The notes: generated from the sequence alone by a model not told the origin. 64,000 nt of DNA from Bacilli bacterium (GCA_017626405.1 JAGAIS010000002.1:62189-126188), one strand, 5' to 3'. Counted from the stretch's first letter, positions 1 through 10,580 are shown. Made by a program: numbers and translations.

Positions 1-122
1 TTAAATTTGATTTAAATATCTCATCAAAACCATTCGTGTTGTTTAAAAGAGATAATGAAAAAATAGCTATTTATAAAAGAGAAAGTGATAACTATCGCAT
101 GTTTATTAAATTAGAAGATTAA
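1..122 (+). CDS. 3' end of a CDS entering from the left edge (hypothetical protein)
   Basis: Open frame from position 3 translating ...KPFVLFKRDNEKIAIYKRESDNYRMFIKLED, stop TAA at 120-122. No start in window and the product is not recognisable. Confidence 0.4.
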   Translation, partial: KFDLNISSKPFVLFKRDNEKIAIYKRESDNYRMFIKLED

Positions 123-232
123 CTTCTAATTTTTTTTACTTTTAATATAACTAATAGTTATGATATATGATAAAACATATGTATTTTATTTATAATTAAT
201 AAATTTATATAATTTAGTTAGGAAGTGATTAT

Positions 233-784
233 ATGTTAATTGGAATTACAGGTCCTCAAGGTTCAGGTAAAACCAGTGTAACTGATTATATTGGTGCAAG
301 TATCAATTTTAGAGTAATTCATGTCGATTTCCTTGTTCATCAAGTTTTAGACTTAAATCTATATAATGAAGTACTTAGTTGGTTTAATTTGCCAAAAGAA
401 GAGAGTATTGATAGAAAAAAACTCGGAAGTAAATTGTTTTCATCTCAAGAGTTGATGGAAAGATATAATGCGCAGGTTTATGAAGCTATACTCATTAGAT
501 TAAATGAGTTAATTGCAAACGAAGAGAATCTAATAATTGATTGGAATTTTTTGCCAATAACAGAAATATTTGACTTATGTGACTTAAAAATATTAATTAC
601 TGCACCACTAGATGAGAGGATAAGAAGAGTAGTTAAAAGAGATAAAATCGATGAATCTTACGCTTATGAAAGAGAAAAAAATGGAATAAAATACGATTCT
701 AAAATGTTTGATTTAGTATTGAATAACTACAATATCAAACTAGAACAATTGACAATGGAGGTTAAAAAATTAATATGCAAGTAA
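233..784 (+). CDS. coaE: dephospho-CoA kinase-like P-loop kinase
   Basis: N-terminal MLIGITGPQGSGKTSV Walker A right at the start. Layout is typical of CoaE (IHVDFLVHQV; later LITAPLDERIRRVVKRD). RBS AGGAAG upstream; clustered with coaD. Confidence 0.6.
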   Translation: MLIGITGPQGSGKTSVTDYIGASINFRVIHVDFLVHQVLDLNLYNEVLSWFNLPKEESIDRKKLGSKLFSSQELMERYNAQVYEAILIRLNELIANEENLIIDWNFLPITEIFDLCDLKILITAPLDERIRRVVKRDKIDESYAYEREKNGIKYDSKMFDLVLNNYNIKLEQLTMEVKKLICK

Positions 785-1590
785 AAGTTTTAGGAAGTGT
801 TGCTCCTTATCCAAAAGGAAGCATGAATTGTTCATCATTTTTAGTAAGTGAAAATGGAACTAATATAATGCTCGATACTGGATTCTCTTGTTCGAGAGAA
901 CTAGATATATTAAGAGACTTAAAAAACTTATCGATAATAATTAGCCATTATCACCCAGACCACTATGGAGATCTAACAGCAATAGCTAATATGTCGTATA
1001 TTGCTAACAAACTAGGCTATCTCGATTCCAAAATAGATGTATATTTGCCGGAGCCAATTAGGGAAAGAAATCATAATTATGGTGAGTGGAAAACTCCTAA
1101 ATTTATGCCTAGTAATCCAATTGATTATGACTATTTAGTAAATTCAAAAAATGTCAATTACTTTAATTTTCATAAATATAAGAGTAGTACAAAACTACAT
1201 ATTGGAACACTTAGCATATATTTTAGTAAGAATATCCATCCAATTGATGCCTATGCAATAAAAATTGAGTCAAGTGATGCAAGTCTTGTCTATTCAAGTG
1301 ATACGGATTATCGCGATTCACTATCGGACTTTAGTCAAAATACTGATTTGTTAATCTGCGAAGCATCATTTTTAAAGGGACAGTGTAAAGGTTCATCAGG
1401 ACATCTATACGCCTATGAAGCAGGTAGAATAGCAAAAAATTCCAATGCAAAATCTCTATATCTTTTTCATACATTCCCCGAAATTGAAAAAGAAAAATAT
1501 GTCGAGGAAGCAAGGAAAGAATTTGCGATGACTTCAAGTTTAAGTGAAGGTCAAATAATTAAATTAGAAAGGAAGAAGAAAAATGACTAA
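775..1590 (+). CDS. MBL-fold metallo-hydrolase
   Basis: HYHPDHYGD (HxHxDH) metallo-beta-lactamase motif and a later SSDTDY. Start overlaps the coaE stop and the stop overlaps the coaD start. Confidence 0.75.
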   Translation: MQVKVLGSVAPYPKGSMNCSSFLVSENGTNIMLDTGFSCSRELDILRDLKNLSIIISHYHPDHYGDLTAIANMSYIANKLGYLDSKIDVYLPEPIRERNHNYGEWKTPKFMPSNPIDYDYLVNSKNVNYFNFHKYKSSTKLHIGTLSIYFSKNIHPIDAYAIKIESSDASLVYSSDTDYRDSLSDFSQNTDLLICEASFLKGQCKGSSGHLYAYEAGRIAKNSNAKSLYLFHTFPEIEKEKYVEEARKEFAMTSSLSEGQIIKLERKKKND

Positions 1591-2068
1591 TAGAAAAATT
1601 GCTTTATATCCCGGAAGTTTTGATCCTTTTACAAATGGGCATCTACATGTTGTAAAAACTTCTCATAATCTTTTTGATGAAGTAATCGTCAATATAGGAG
1701 TTAATAAAAAAAAGACGAGAAATTATCCTGCCGAGTTAATGGCCAAAGCAATGGAAAGTGTATTTCAAGAACTTGGACTAGATAATGTGAGAGTTACAGT
1801 CTATGAAGGAGCAACTGTCGATTTAGCCATTCAAGAGGGTGTAAGTATAATCGTAAAGGGACTACGAGACTCGATAGATTTGGCAGAAGAGGAAAATCAA
1901 GCATATGCGAACTTCGAAGCATCGGGTATAGATACGATGTATGTAAGAGCAGGAATAGCAGGTAGAGTATCATCAAGCATGGTAAGAGACTTTATCTACT
2001 ATGATAAACCAATAGATAAATATGTTCCTGGACCTGTTTTAAAATTAATAAACGAATATCATAAATAA
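1583..2068 (+). CDS. coaD: phosphopantetheine adenylyltransferase
   Basis: ALYPGSFDPFTNGHLHVV nucleotidyltransferase motif, about 160 aa, C-terminal SSSMVRD, as in CoaD. Confidence 0.9.
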   Translation: MTNRKIALYPGSFDPFTNGHLHVVKTSHNLFDEVIVNIGVNKKKTRNYPAELMAKAMESVFQELGLDNVRVTVYEGATVDLAIQEGVSIIVKGLRDSIDLAEEENQAYANFEASGIDTMYVRAGIAGRVSSSMVRDFIYYDKPIDKYVPGPVLKLINEYHK

Positions 2069-2105
2069 AAAATAGTTTATTGACCAAAATATTATGGGTG
2101 ATGAT

Positions 2106-3542
2106 ATGAAGAATAAAAGTATTTGGTCTTATTATTTAAATAGTAATGATATTAAAGTAATAGATGAAGATGAATGTGTCGATATTGTAATAATTGGTGG
2201 TGGAATAACGGGTTTATCTATTGCTTATTCTTATTTAAATGATAATTATAAAGTATGTTTACTCGAAAAAAATACTATTGGATCGGGAATAACTTCAAAA
2301 AGTACTGCTAAAATAACATATCTACAAGATGGAATATATAGTAAGATTAGCAAGTTAAGAAGTGATAATGATGCAAAACTATATTATGAATCGCAAAAAG
2401 AAGCAATAGATAGAATACTTAAAATAATAGATATGCATCATATTGATTGTGATCTAAAGAAATCTGACAGTTATCTATTTACTATTGAAGGGAACACTAA
2501 AACAATAATTAAAGAGGAAAAGTTATTAACTAGTTTTGGGTGTAAAATAGATAATATTGATGTCTTACCCGATGGATTAAAAGTAAAAAGAGGAATAAAG
2601 TGTGAAGATACTTATACTTTTAATCCAATAAAATATTTAAATGGATTAAAGGAAATAATTAAAGATAAAATACCTATCTATGAAAATAGTTGTGTTAAAA
2701 AAATTATTAAGAAAAAAGAGTACTATCTAGTAAGAACAAATAATCATACTATTAAAGCAAAATATGTTATACTATGCACGCATTATCCTTACTTTTTATT
2801 TCCATATCTTATGCCATTAAAGTGTTCTTTAGAAAAATCTTATATTGCACTTTTTAAAGATAATAGTAATATTAATTTTCAAGGAATAACTTGTGATAAG
2901 CAAACTTTATCTATTCGTTATGTTGAAGATAAATATAAATTATTGTTAATAAATTCTACTAATCTAGCTTATTCTCAAAATGATGTAGCTAATTTTAAAA
3001 ATTTTATAAACAATAAACCAGAATTTGTTTGGTCAAATATCGATATAATAACTAAAGATTATTTGCCTTATATTGGGTTAATTGAAAATAATTTTTATAT
3101 AGCTACGGGATATAATACTTGGGGAATGACTAATAGTATGTTAGCATCTTTAATAATTCACGATTTAATTGATGATAAAAATAATAAATATAGTAAACTT
3201 GTCGATCCTAAAAGAAAAGATAATTTAATTATCAGTATTAAATATCCACTTTATTTAATTAATAATATATATTCATTCTTAAATTCAAAAATAATAAAAA
3301 ATAAAAATTGGTATTCTAATAAAGTAAGATTTGAAAAAATTAATGGAATTGGTATTGCTATATATACTGATGATTTTGGCGAAGAACATAAAGTTATAAA
3401 TAAATGTCCTCATTTGGGATGCAGTTTAATATTCAATGAAATTGAATTAACTTGGGATTGTCCTTGTCATGGTTCACGATTTGATTTATCGGGCAATTCA
3501 ATTGAAGGACCAAGTAACTATAATATTACTTATAAAGGCTAA
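2106..3542 (+). CDS. FAD-dependent oxidoreductase with C-terminal Rieske [2Fe-2S] domain
   Basis: DIVIIGGGITGLSIA dinucleotide-binding motif. C-terminal CPHLGC...CPCHGSRF Rieske ligand motif. ATG at 2106 has a GGGTGA RBS; the track start 2094 has none. Confidence 0.8.
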   Translation: MKNKSIWSYYLNSNDIKVIDEDECVDIVIIGGGITGLSIAYSYLNDNYKVCLLEKNTIGSGITSKSTAKITYLQDGIYSKISKLRSDNDAKLYYESQKEAIDRILKIIDMHHIDCDLKKSDSYLFTIEGNTKTIIKEEKLLTSFGCKIDNIDVLPDGLKVKRGIKCEDTYTFNPIKYLNGLKEIIKDKIPIYENSCVKKIIKKKEYYLVRTNNHTIKAKYVILCTHYPYFLFPYLMPLKCSLEKSYIALFKDNSNINFQGITCDKQTLSIRYVEDKYKLLLINSTNLAYSQNDVANFKNFINNKPEFVWSNIDIITKDYLPYIGLIENNFYIATGYNTWGMTNSMLASLIIHDLIDDKNNKYSKLVDPKRKDNLIISIKYPLYLINNIYSFLNSKIIKNKNWYSNKVRFEKINGIGIAIYTDDFGEEHKVINKCPHLGCSLIFNEIELTWDCPCHGSRFDLSGNSIEGPSNYNITYKG

Positions 3543-3582
3543 AAAACATCAAAAATTATCTGTAAAAAAAAGATAATAATTA

Positions 3583-3611
3583 TTGTCTTAAATATGGAGT
3601 ATTGATATAAT
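3583..3611 (+). promoter_or_regulatory. candidate sigmaA promoter of ppdK (TTGTCT-17-TATAAT)
   Basis: TTGTCT at 3583-3588, 17-nt spacer, TATAAT at 3606-3611, 25 nt upstream of the ppdK ATG region. Confidence 0.4.
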
Positions 3612-3635
3612 ATTAGAGTATGAAAGGATGATTAT

Positions 3636-6260
3636 ATGAAATATGTATATTTATTTACCGAAGGTAATGCAGATATGCGAAATCTTCTAGGTGGTAAAGG
3701 TGCAAATCTTGCTGAAATGACAAATATTGGACTTCCAGTTCCACAAGGTTTTACTATCACTACTGAAGCATGTACAAAGTACTATGAAGATGGAAGAGAA
3801 ATTAATGAAGAAATACAATCTCAAATCAATGAATATATTGTAAAAATGGAAGAGATTACTGGAAAGAAATTTGGAGATAAAGAAAATCCATTATTAGTTT
3901 CAGTAAGAAGTGGTGCAAGAGCATCAATGCCAGGAATGATGGATACAATTCTTAATTTAGGTTTAAATGAAGAAGTTGTTGAAGTACTAGCAGAAAAATC
4001 ACAAAATACAAGATGGGCTTGGGATTGCTATAGAAGATTTATTCAAATGTATTCTGATGTTGTTATGGAAGTTGGAAAGAAATACTTTGAAGAATTAATC
4101 GATAAAATGAAAGAAGCTAAGGGAGTTAAACAAGATGTTGAATTAACTGCTGAAGATTTAAAGGAATTAGCTCGTGAGTTTAAAGAAGAATATAAAAATA
4201 AAATAGGTGCTGATTTCCCTGATGATCCAAAAGAACAATTAATGGGGGCTATTAAAGCTGTATTCCGTTCTTGGGATAATCCTCGTGCCAATGTTTATAG
4301 AAGAGATAATGACATTCCTTATTCATGGGGAACTGCTGTTAATGTTCAATCTATGGCTTTTGGTAATATGGGTGATGATTGTGGTACTGGTGTTGCATTT
4401 ACTCGTGACCCAGCTACAGGAGAAAAAGGTTTATTTGGTGAATTCTTAACTAACGCACAAGGTGAAGACGTTGTTGCTGGAGTTCGTACACCAATGAAGA
4501 TTGCCGAAATGGAAACTAAATTCCCTGAAGCATTTGCTCAATTTAAAAGTGTTTGTGAAACTCTAGAAAAACATTATCGCGATATGCAAGATATGGAATT
4601 TACTGTTGAACATGGTAAACTATATATGTTACAAACTAGAAATGGTAAACGTACTGCACAAGCAGCTTTAAAAATTGCATGTGATTTAGTAGATGAAGGA
4701 ATGCGTACTGAAGAAGAGGCAGTATTAATGATTGATCCAAGAAACTTAGATACATTATTACATCCTCAATTTGATGCGAGTGCTATTAAGAATGCGACTC
4801 CTATTGGAGCAGGTTTAGGTGCATCTCCAGGTGCTGCATGTGGTTCAGTTGTATTTACTGCTGAAGATGCAGTTAAATGGGCTGAAGATAAGAAGAAAGT
4901 TATCTTAGTAAGACTTGAAACAAGTCCTGAAGATATTACAGGTATGAAAGCTGCTCAAGGTATTTTAACTGTTCGTGGAGGAATGACTAGTCATGCTGCT
5001 GTTGTTGCTCGTGGAATGGGCGAGTGCTGTGTATCTGGATGTGGCGAAATTATCATGGACGAAGCAAATAAAGAGTTTACTTTAGGCGGAAAAACTTATC
5101 ATGAAGGAGATATAATCTCAATTGATGGTACTACAGGTAAAATATATGACGGTGAGATTCCTACAGTTGATGCAACAATTGCTGGTGAATTTGGTCGCGT
5201 TATGGAATGGGCTGATAAATATCGTCGTTTAGGTGTTAGAACAAATGCTGATACTCCAAGAGATACTGCTAAGGCTATTGAACTTGGTGCTGAAGGTATT
5301 GGACTATGCCGTACTGAACACATGTTCTTCGATGATGAAAGAATATTTAACTTAAGAAAGATGATTCTATCAGAAACTGTAGAAGATAGAGAAAAATATT
5401 TAAATAATTTAATTCCTTATCAAAAAGGTGATTTCATTGCTATGTATAAAGAATTAAAAGGATTACCAATGACAGTTCGTTATCTAGATCCACCTCTACA
5501 TGAATTTATACCTAAAACTGAGGCTGAAATGAAAGAATTAGCTGATGCTATGGGAGTAACTGTAGAGCATGTTAAAAATATATGTAATGAATTACATGAA
5601 TTTAATCCAATGATGGGACATCGTGGTTGTAGACTAGCTGTTACATATCCAGAAATTGCTCGTATGCAAACTCGCGCTTTAATGGAAGCTGCAATTGAAG
5701 TTAAAGAATCTGAAGGATACGATATTGTTCCTGAAATAATGATTCCTCTAGTAGGTGAAGTTAAAGAGTTAAAATATGTTAAAGATATAGTTGTTGAAAC
5801 AGCTGAAAAAGTAAAAGCAGAAAAGAATTCTGATATTGAATATCATATTGGAACAATGATTGAAATTCCAAGAGCAGCCTTAACTGCTGATGCTATTGCA
5901 AAAGAAGCTGAATTCTTCTCATTCGGAACAAACGACTTAACTCAATATACATTTGGTTTCTCAAGAGATGATGCTGGTAAGTTCTTAGGTTCTTACTATG
6001 ATGCAAAAATCTTTGAAAATGATCCATTTGCTAAACTTGATCAAGTTGGTGTTGGTTCATTAATTAAAATGGCAGTAGAAAAAGGAAAATCAGTTCGTCC
6101 AAATATTAAATTAGGTATTTGTGGAGAACATGGTGGAGATCCATCAAGTGTTGAGTTCTGTCATAATGCAGGTCTTACTTATGTATCTTGTTCACCATTT
6201 AGAGTTCCAATTGCTAGATTAGCTGCTGCACAAGCCGCAATCAAAGCAAAAAATAACTAA
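3636..6260 (+). CDS. ppdK: pyruvate, phosphate dikinase
   Basis: 874 aa. ATP-grasp N-terminus (LLGGKGANLAEM), phosphohistidine swivel motif GGMTSHAAVVARG, and a PEP-utiliser C-terminal TIM barrel (GLCRTEHMF, FFSFGTNDLTQ). Confidence 0.95.
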   Translation: MKYVYLFTEGNADMRNLLGGKGANLAEMTNIGLPVPQGFTITTEACTKYYEDGREINEEIQSQINEYIVKMEEITGKKFGDKENPLLVSVRSGARASMPGMMDTILNLGLNEEVVEVLAEKSQNTRWAWDCYRRFIQMYSDVVMEVGKKYFEELIDKMKEAKGVKQDVELTAEDLKELAREFKEEYKNKIGADFPDDPKEQLMGAIKAVFRSWDNPRANVYRRDNDIPYSWGTAVNVQSMAFGNMGDDCGTGVAFTRDPATGEKGLFGEFLTNAQGEDVVAGVRTPMKIAEMETKFPEAFAQFKSVCETLEKHYRDMQDMEFTVEHGKLYMLQTRNGKRTAQAALKIACDLVDEGMRTEEEAVLMIDPRNLDTLLHPQFDASAIKNATPIGAGLGASPGAACGSVVFTAEDAVKWAEDKKKVILVRLETSPEDITGMKAAQGILTVRGGMTSHAAVVARGMGECCVSGCGEIIMDEANKEFTLGGKTYHEGDIISIDGTTGKIYDGEIPTVDATIAGEFGRVMEWADKYRRLGVRTNADTPRDTAKAIELGAEGIGLCRTEHMFFDDERIFNLRKMILSETVEDREKYLNNLIPYQKGDFIAMYKELKGLPMTVRYLDPPLHEFIPKTEAEMKELADAMGVTVEHVKNICNELHEFNPMMGHRGCRLAVTYPEIARMQTRALMEAAIEVKESEGYDIVPEIMIPLVGEVKELKYVKDIVVETAEKVKAEKNSDIEYHIGTMIEIPRAALTADAIAKEAEFFSFGTNDLTQYTFGFSRDDAGKFLGSYYDAKIFENDPFAKLDQVGVGSLIKMAVEKGKSVRPNIKLGICGEHGGDPSSVEFCHNAGLTYVSCSPFRVPIARLAAAQAAIKAKNN

Positions 6261-6269
6261 TAGACATTT

Positions 6270-6298
6270 AAACTAAGATTTTATATCTTAGTTTTTTT
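6270..6298 (+). terminator. rho-independent terminator after ppdK
   Basis: AAACTAAGAT / ATCTTAGTTT 10-bp stem, 5-nt loop, followed by a T-run. Confidence 0.7.
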
Positions 6299-6388
6299 AT
6301 GATAAAATTATCTAAAGAAAGAAAAAAATATATGCTATATAATATAAGAATATTGGTATGAAAAGTGCTTTGTTCTGAAGGAGAAAAT

Positions 6389-6931
6389 ATGAAAAGATGT
6401 AAATGGTGTAATCTTAATAATGAATTATATATAGAATATCATGATAATGAATGGTGCAAACCAAATTTTGATGACAAATATTTATTTGAAATGTTAATAC
6501 TTGAATCTTTTCAAGCTGGCCTATCTTGGGAGTGTGTATTAAACAAAAGAGAATATTTTAGAGAAGCTTTTGATAATTTTGATATTGATAAAATATCTAA
6601 TTATGATTATAAAAAAATACAAGAACTATTAAAAAATGAAAAAATAATAAGAAATAGACTTAAAATAAATGCTACTATCAATAATAGTAAAGTATTTAAG
6701 GAAATACAAAATGAATATGGCACATTTCATAATTATTTGAGTACTTTCACAAAAGATGAAATGTTTTTTGAAATAGATAAAACAACGAATCAATTATCTG
6801 ATAAGCTATCTTCAGATTTAAAAAAAAGGGGAATGAAATTTGTAGGAAGTACAATTATTTATTCATATCTACAAGCAATAGGTGTCATTTATTCACACGA
6901 TAAAGAGTGTTTTATGTATAAAGATAATTAG
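6389..6931 (+). CDS. tag: DNA-3-methyladenine glycosylase I
   Basis: CKWCNLNNELYIEYHDNEWCKP zinc-snap motif and FEMLILESFQAGLSW, typical of Tag. ATG 6389 follows an AGGAG RBS. Confidence 0.85.
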   Translation: MKRCKWCNLNNELYIEYHDNEWCKPNFDDKYLFEMLILESFQAGLSWECVLNKREYFREAFDNFDIDKISNYDYKKIQELLKNEKIIRNRLKINATINNSKVFKEIQNEYGTFHNYLSTFTKDEMFFEIDKTTNQLSDKLSSDLKKRGMKFVGSTIIYSYLQAIGVIYSHDKECFMYKDN

Positions 6932-6969
6932 AAGGAAGCATTAATTATAATAGTCTTCATTGCTTAATA

Positions 6970-7250
6970 ATGGAAAATGATAGAATAATTGCTTATCTAC
7001 GCGCTTTCTATTTAGATAATGAAAAAGAAGTAGTAAAGATAGTGGAGTTCTAACTATTAAACATGGTAATTATATAGGAAGAAAACTAATGGAAGAAAGT
7101 TTAGATGCAATTAAAGATAAAATAAACTGCAAAAGAATAGTTATGAATGCTCAAAAACATGCAATAAGTTTTTAAGAAAAATTTGGATTTAAAAATACTC
7201 ACGATGATTTTCTAGAAGAAGGAGTAATTCATGTAAAAATGGAAATGTAA
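6970..7250 (+). pseudogene. decayed GNAT (ElaA-like) acetyltransferase remnant
   Basis: MENDRIIAYLRAFYLDNEKEVVKI runs into a stop. A shifted frame continues GVLTIKHGNYIGRKLMEE...RIVMNAQKHAISF*EKFGFKNTHDDFLEEGVIHVKMEM. An in-frame TAA sits where GNATs carry the Y of FYEKxGF. Confidence 0.55.
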
Positions 7251-7313
7251 AGTATTAAATATTGTATATTTAGATAACTTTAATTATAATAGATTTATAA
7301 GGAATGGTAATAT

Positions 7314-8225
7314 ATGAAAGCATTTGAAGAGTGGAAACTAAAAAGAAAATGCCAAAAATCGGGAAGAAAAAAAGAATACCAAGATTATTTACAATCAAAG
7401 GCTTCACTCGAAAGAGATAAAGATATGTATTATGGATTTTTAATGAAAGCTGAAAAAAATCTTAATGACAAAAATCCTTCCGATTCTACTTACAAGGAAG
7501 TAAAAGATGAAGTTAATCGATGGAAATATAATTTACAGGAAATCTCATTAAGACAAGAGTTCATTCGACCAAATTCGCCTGAAGATATTGAATATCGCGA
7601 AAAACTAACTGATGTTTTTGGACCAAAACTTGCTTCAATTTTAGGGTGTGATGATTCAATTAGATTTCATGGAACTACTATTTATTATACGAGGGAAATA
7701 TTGAAAAGTGGAGCAATACTATCTTCAAGTGCAAGATTTGATGGTTTTAATAAGAGTACGGATTTAAAGGATGAAATATCGGTATCTACTGCTAATACAA
7801 TAGATAGAACACTTTCTTTTTTTACTGATTTATATTCATATCAAAGTTCACTACCTGCAGGATGTTTATTTGTTTTGAGGGCAAGCGAAAGTGATGCTAA
7901 TCTAACACAGTATGCAGCAATGAAAACTTTTAACTTTAAAGAACATCCTGAAAGACTTTTGGGAATATGTACAACGATAGAAAACATTGAGTCCGTTAAA
8001 GAATGGTTAAGGTTATATGGATATGATGAGAATTTAGCATATACATTTGAAGATTTTTTAAAAATAGCTCCGAGTTTAAAAGGAGAAGATAGAGAAAAAA
8101 TAATAGAAAAATGCGAAGACTCAAGTAATTTGGATATGAAAGAGTTAATCGAATCACTAGAAGATGAATCAATTAATGAAAGTGATGTATATAGCGATGA
8201 AAATAATTGCGTTAAAACTAGATAA
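7314..8225 (+). CDS. hypothetical protein (basic coiled N-terminus, acidic C-terminus)
   Basis: 303-aa ORF with an AAGGAA RBS; first gene of a co-directional cluster with the ABC exporter. Contains IRFHGTTIYYTREILKSGAILSS (see findings). Confidence 0.6.
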   Translation: MKAFEEWKLKRKCQKSGRKKEYQDYLQSKASLERDKDMYYGFLMKAEKNLNDKNPSDSTYKEVKDEVNRWKYNLQEISLRQEFIRPNSPEDIEYREKLTDVFGPKLASILGCDDSIRFHGTTIYYTREILKSGAILSSSARFDGFNKSTDLKDEISVSTANTIDRTLSFFTDLYSYQSSLPAGCLFVLRASESDANLTQYAAMKTFNFKEHPERLLGICTTIENIESVKEWLRLYGYDENLAYTFEDFLKIAPSLKGEDREKIIEKCEDSSNLDMKELIESLEDESINESDVYSDENNCVKTR

Positions 8226-8244
8226 TAATGGAAGGTGAGTTTAA

Positions 8245-8955
8245 ATGATTGAAATTAAGGAAGTAACTAAAAAATATGGAGATAAGGTAGCTCTTGATAA
8301 CGTGTCTTTCTCAGTTAACGATGGAGATGTATTTGCTTTTATTGGTCACAATGGAGCTGGTAAGACGACCCTTATTAAATCGATTGTCGGAATTCATGAC
8401 TTTGATTGTGGAGATATACTAATAGATGGAATGTCAATTAAGAAAAATCCGGTTGAATGTAAGAAACTAATGGCATTTGTTCCTGATAATCCCGAAACAT
8501 ACGAGCATATGAAAGCTATCGATTATATTAATTTCATATGTGATATGTATGAAGTGGATGAAGAAGTGAGAAAGAATAATATAAAGAAGTATTCTAAATT
8601 ATTTGGAATGGAAGATAAATTAAACGATACAATAGATAGTTTCTCTCATGGTATGAAACAAAAGTTAGTACTGATTTCAGCTCTATCTCACGATCCTAAG
8701 ATTTTAATTATGGATGAACCTTTTGTTGGACTAGATCCTAAAGCAGTATTCGACATTAAAGAGATTTTAAATGAAATGGTTAAAGAGGGAAAAATAGTAT
8801 TTTATTCAACTCATATATTAGATGTAGCAGAGAAGTTATGCTCAAGAGTAGCAATAATTAAAGATGGAAAATTAGTAAAATGGGGATCTATGAAAGAAAT
8901 TAAAGGTGATAAATCTTTAGAAAAAGTATTTATGGAATTAGAGGAAAATAAATAA
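8245..8955 (+). CDS. ABC transporter ATP-binding protein
   Basis: Walker A GHNGAGKTT, signature FSHGMKQKL, Walker B LIMDEPFVGLD. Confidence 0.9.
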   Translation: MIEIKEVTKKYGDKVALDNVSFSVNDGDVFAFIGHNGAGKTTLIKSIVGIHDFDCGDILIDGMSIKKNPVECKKLMAFVPDNPETYEHMKAIDYINFICDMYEVDEEVRKNNIKKYSKLFGMEDKLNDTIDSFSHGMKQKLVLISALSHDPKILIMDEPFVGLDPKAVFDIKEILNEMVKEGKIVFYSTHILDVAEKLCSRVAIIKDGKLVKWGSMKEIKGDKSLEKVFMELEENK

Positions 8956-10580
8956 TGAAAAAGTTATATTCTTTAATTAGAGCTTGTATGACTAATGATA
9001 TGTCTATTTTTAGATTTAAAACTAAAAAGAATAGTAGACTATCTATATTATTGCCGTTATTTATCGCTGGATATTTAATGCTTATGATAGGCGGATTAGC
9101 AAATTCATTATTTGAGAAGTTATCACCGCTAAACTTATCATATTTGTTATTATCTCTTTTTGCTTTTTCTATTTCTATTATGACTTTTATAGAGGGAATA
9201 TATAAATCAGGTTCTCTAATATTTAATTGTAAAGATGATCAGTTATTGTTATCGTTACCAATAAAAAAGAGCACTGTATTGTTTGTAAGAATATTTAAAT
9301 TCTATTTATTTGAATTAATATTCAATTCATTATTTTTACTACCTATAATGATTTCTTATATAAGATGGGATAATAATTTAAGTTGGACATATTATCTAAC
9401 TAGTTTCATTATGCTTTTATTGCTACCTATAATACCAATTGTATTATCTTGTATACTCGGGTTTTTTACTTCGAGTCTATCGAGTAAATTTAAATATAAG
9501 AATGCAGCTCAAATAATAATATCTATGGCTGTTTTAGTGGGTATATTTGCTCTTTCATTTAATTCGGAGGGAATACTTGAATACATTATAAATAATTCTT
9601 CTAATATAAATGAATTAATTACTAGGATTTATTATCCTGCAGGTACATATGCTAAATTAGTTAGTGATTTCAATATAGTTGATTTTTTAATATTCATAAT
9701 AGTTAATATAGGCATATTTGCTCTTTCAGTTAGTATTTTAGCTAAGTTCTACTTTAAAATTAATACAAGATTAAAGAGTGTTTCAACGACAAGAAAAAAA
9801 GTAAGTATTGATAATATTACTATTAAGTCAAAATCACAAATTAGTTCTCTTGTAAATAAGGAAATAATCACATTTTTTAAAACCCCAGTATTTATTGTTA
9901 ATGCCGGATTTGCTTTAGTTTTATTCTTAATAGCAGCTATTCTAATTGCATTAAAACACGATACTATTATGCCATTTCTAATAAATCAATTATCATTACT
10001 AGATTTAAAAGAAGATGTAATTATGAATAATATTTCTATTATTATTTTATATCTAATATCTTTTACAGCTTATATGACGTCAATTACTAATTCGATAATT
10101 AGTTTAGAGGGAAGAAATATTACTATTTTGAAATCATTGCCAATCCATCCAAAAAGAGTTTTAATGAGCAAAATATTTGCTTGTTTGAAGATTACAACTA
10201 CTGTACTAGTTATAGGCGATATTATATTATTTATCGTACTTAAGACAAGTATTATTGATTCTATACTTTTATTAGTATTATCGGTACTCATACCATTAGT
10301 ATCTCATTTTATTGGGCTTATTATAAATTTAAAATATCCGAATTTAAACTGGGAGAATAGTGCAGAAGTAGTTAAACAGAGTACTAGTTCTTTTGTATCT
10401 GTAATGATAGGTATGGTTCTATTAATGCTATCATCAATAGCTATATTTAGTATAATTGGTAAGATAAGTTCAACATTAATATTGATTATTTCAACAATTA
10501 TTTATATTTTAATAAATTCTATATTATATGTATATCTATTAAGAATAGGAATTAAAGATTATAATAAATTAACTATATAA
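8955..10580 (+). CDS. multi-pass membrane protein, putative ABC exporter permease
   Basis: 541 aa with many hydrophobic segments. Its start overlaps the stop of the ATPase gene (ATAATG). Confidence 0.7.
   Translation: MKKLYSLIRACMTNDMSIFRFKTKKNSRLSILLPLFIAGYLMLMIGGLANSLFEKLSPLNLSYLLLSLFAFSISIMTFIEGIYKSGSLIFNCKDDQLLLSLPIKKSTVLFVRIFKFYLFELIFNSLFLLPIMISYIRWDNNLSWTYYLTSFIMLLLLPIIPIVLSCILGFFTSSLSSKFKYKNAAQIIISMAVLVGIFALSFNSEGILEYIINNSSNINELITRIYYPAGTYAKLVSDFNIVDFLIFIIVNIGIFALSVSILAKFYFKINTRLKSVSTTRKKVSIDNITIKSKSQISSLVNKEIITFFKTPVFIVNAGFALVLFLIAAILIALKHDTIMPFLINQLSLLDLKEDVIMNNISIIILYLISFTAYMTSITNSIISLEGRNITILKSLPIHPKRVLMSKIFACLKITTTVLVIGDIILFIVLKTSIIDSILLLVLSVLIPLVSHFIGLIINLKYPNLNWENSAEVVKQSTSSFVSVMIGMVLLMLSSIAIFSIIGKISSTLILIISTIIYILINSILYVYLLRIGIKDYNKLTI

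Noticed and set aside
4043-5323. Minus-strand ORFs inside ppdK (4043..4291, 5099..5323)
   Set aside because: They are antisense to a highly conserved gene. The Ser/Pro/Ile-rich translations are typical shadow ORFs.
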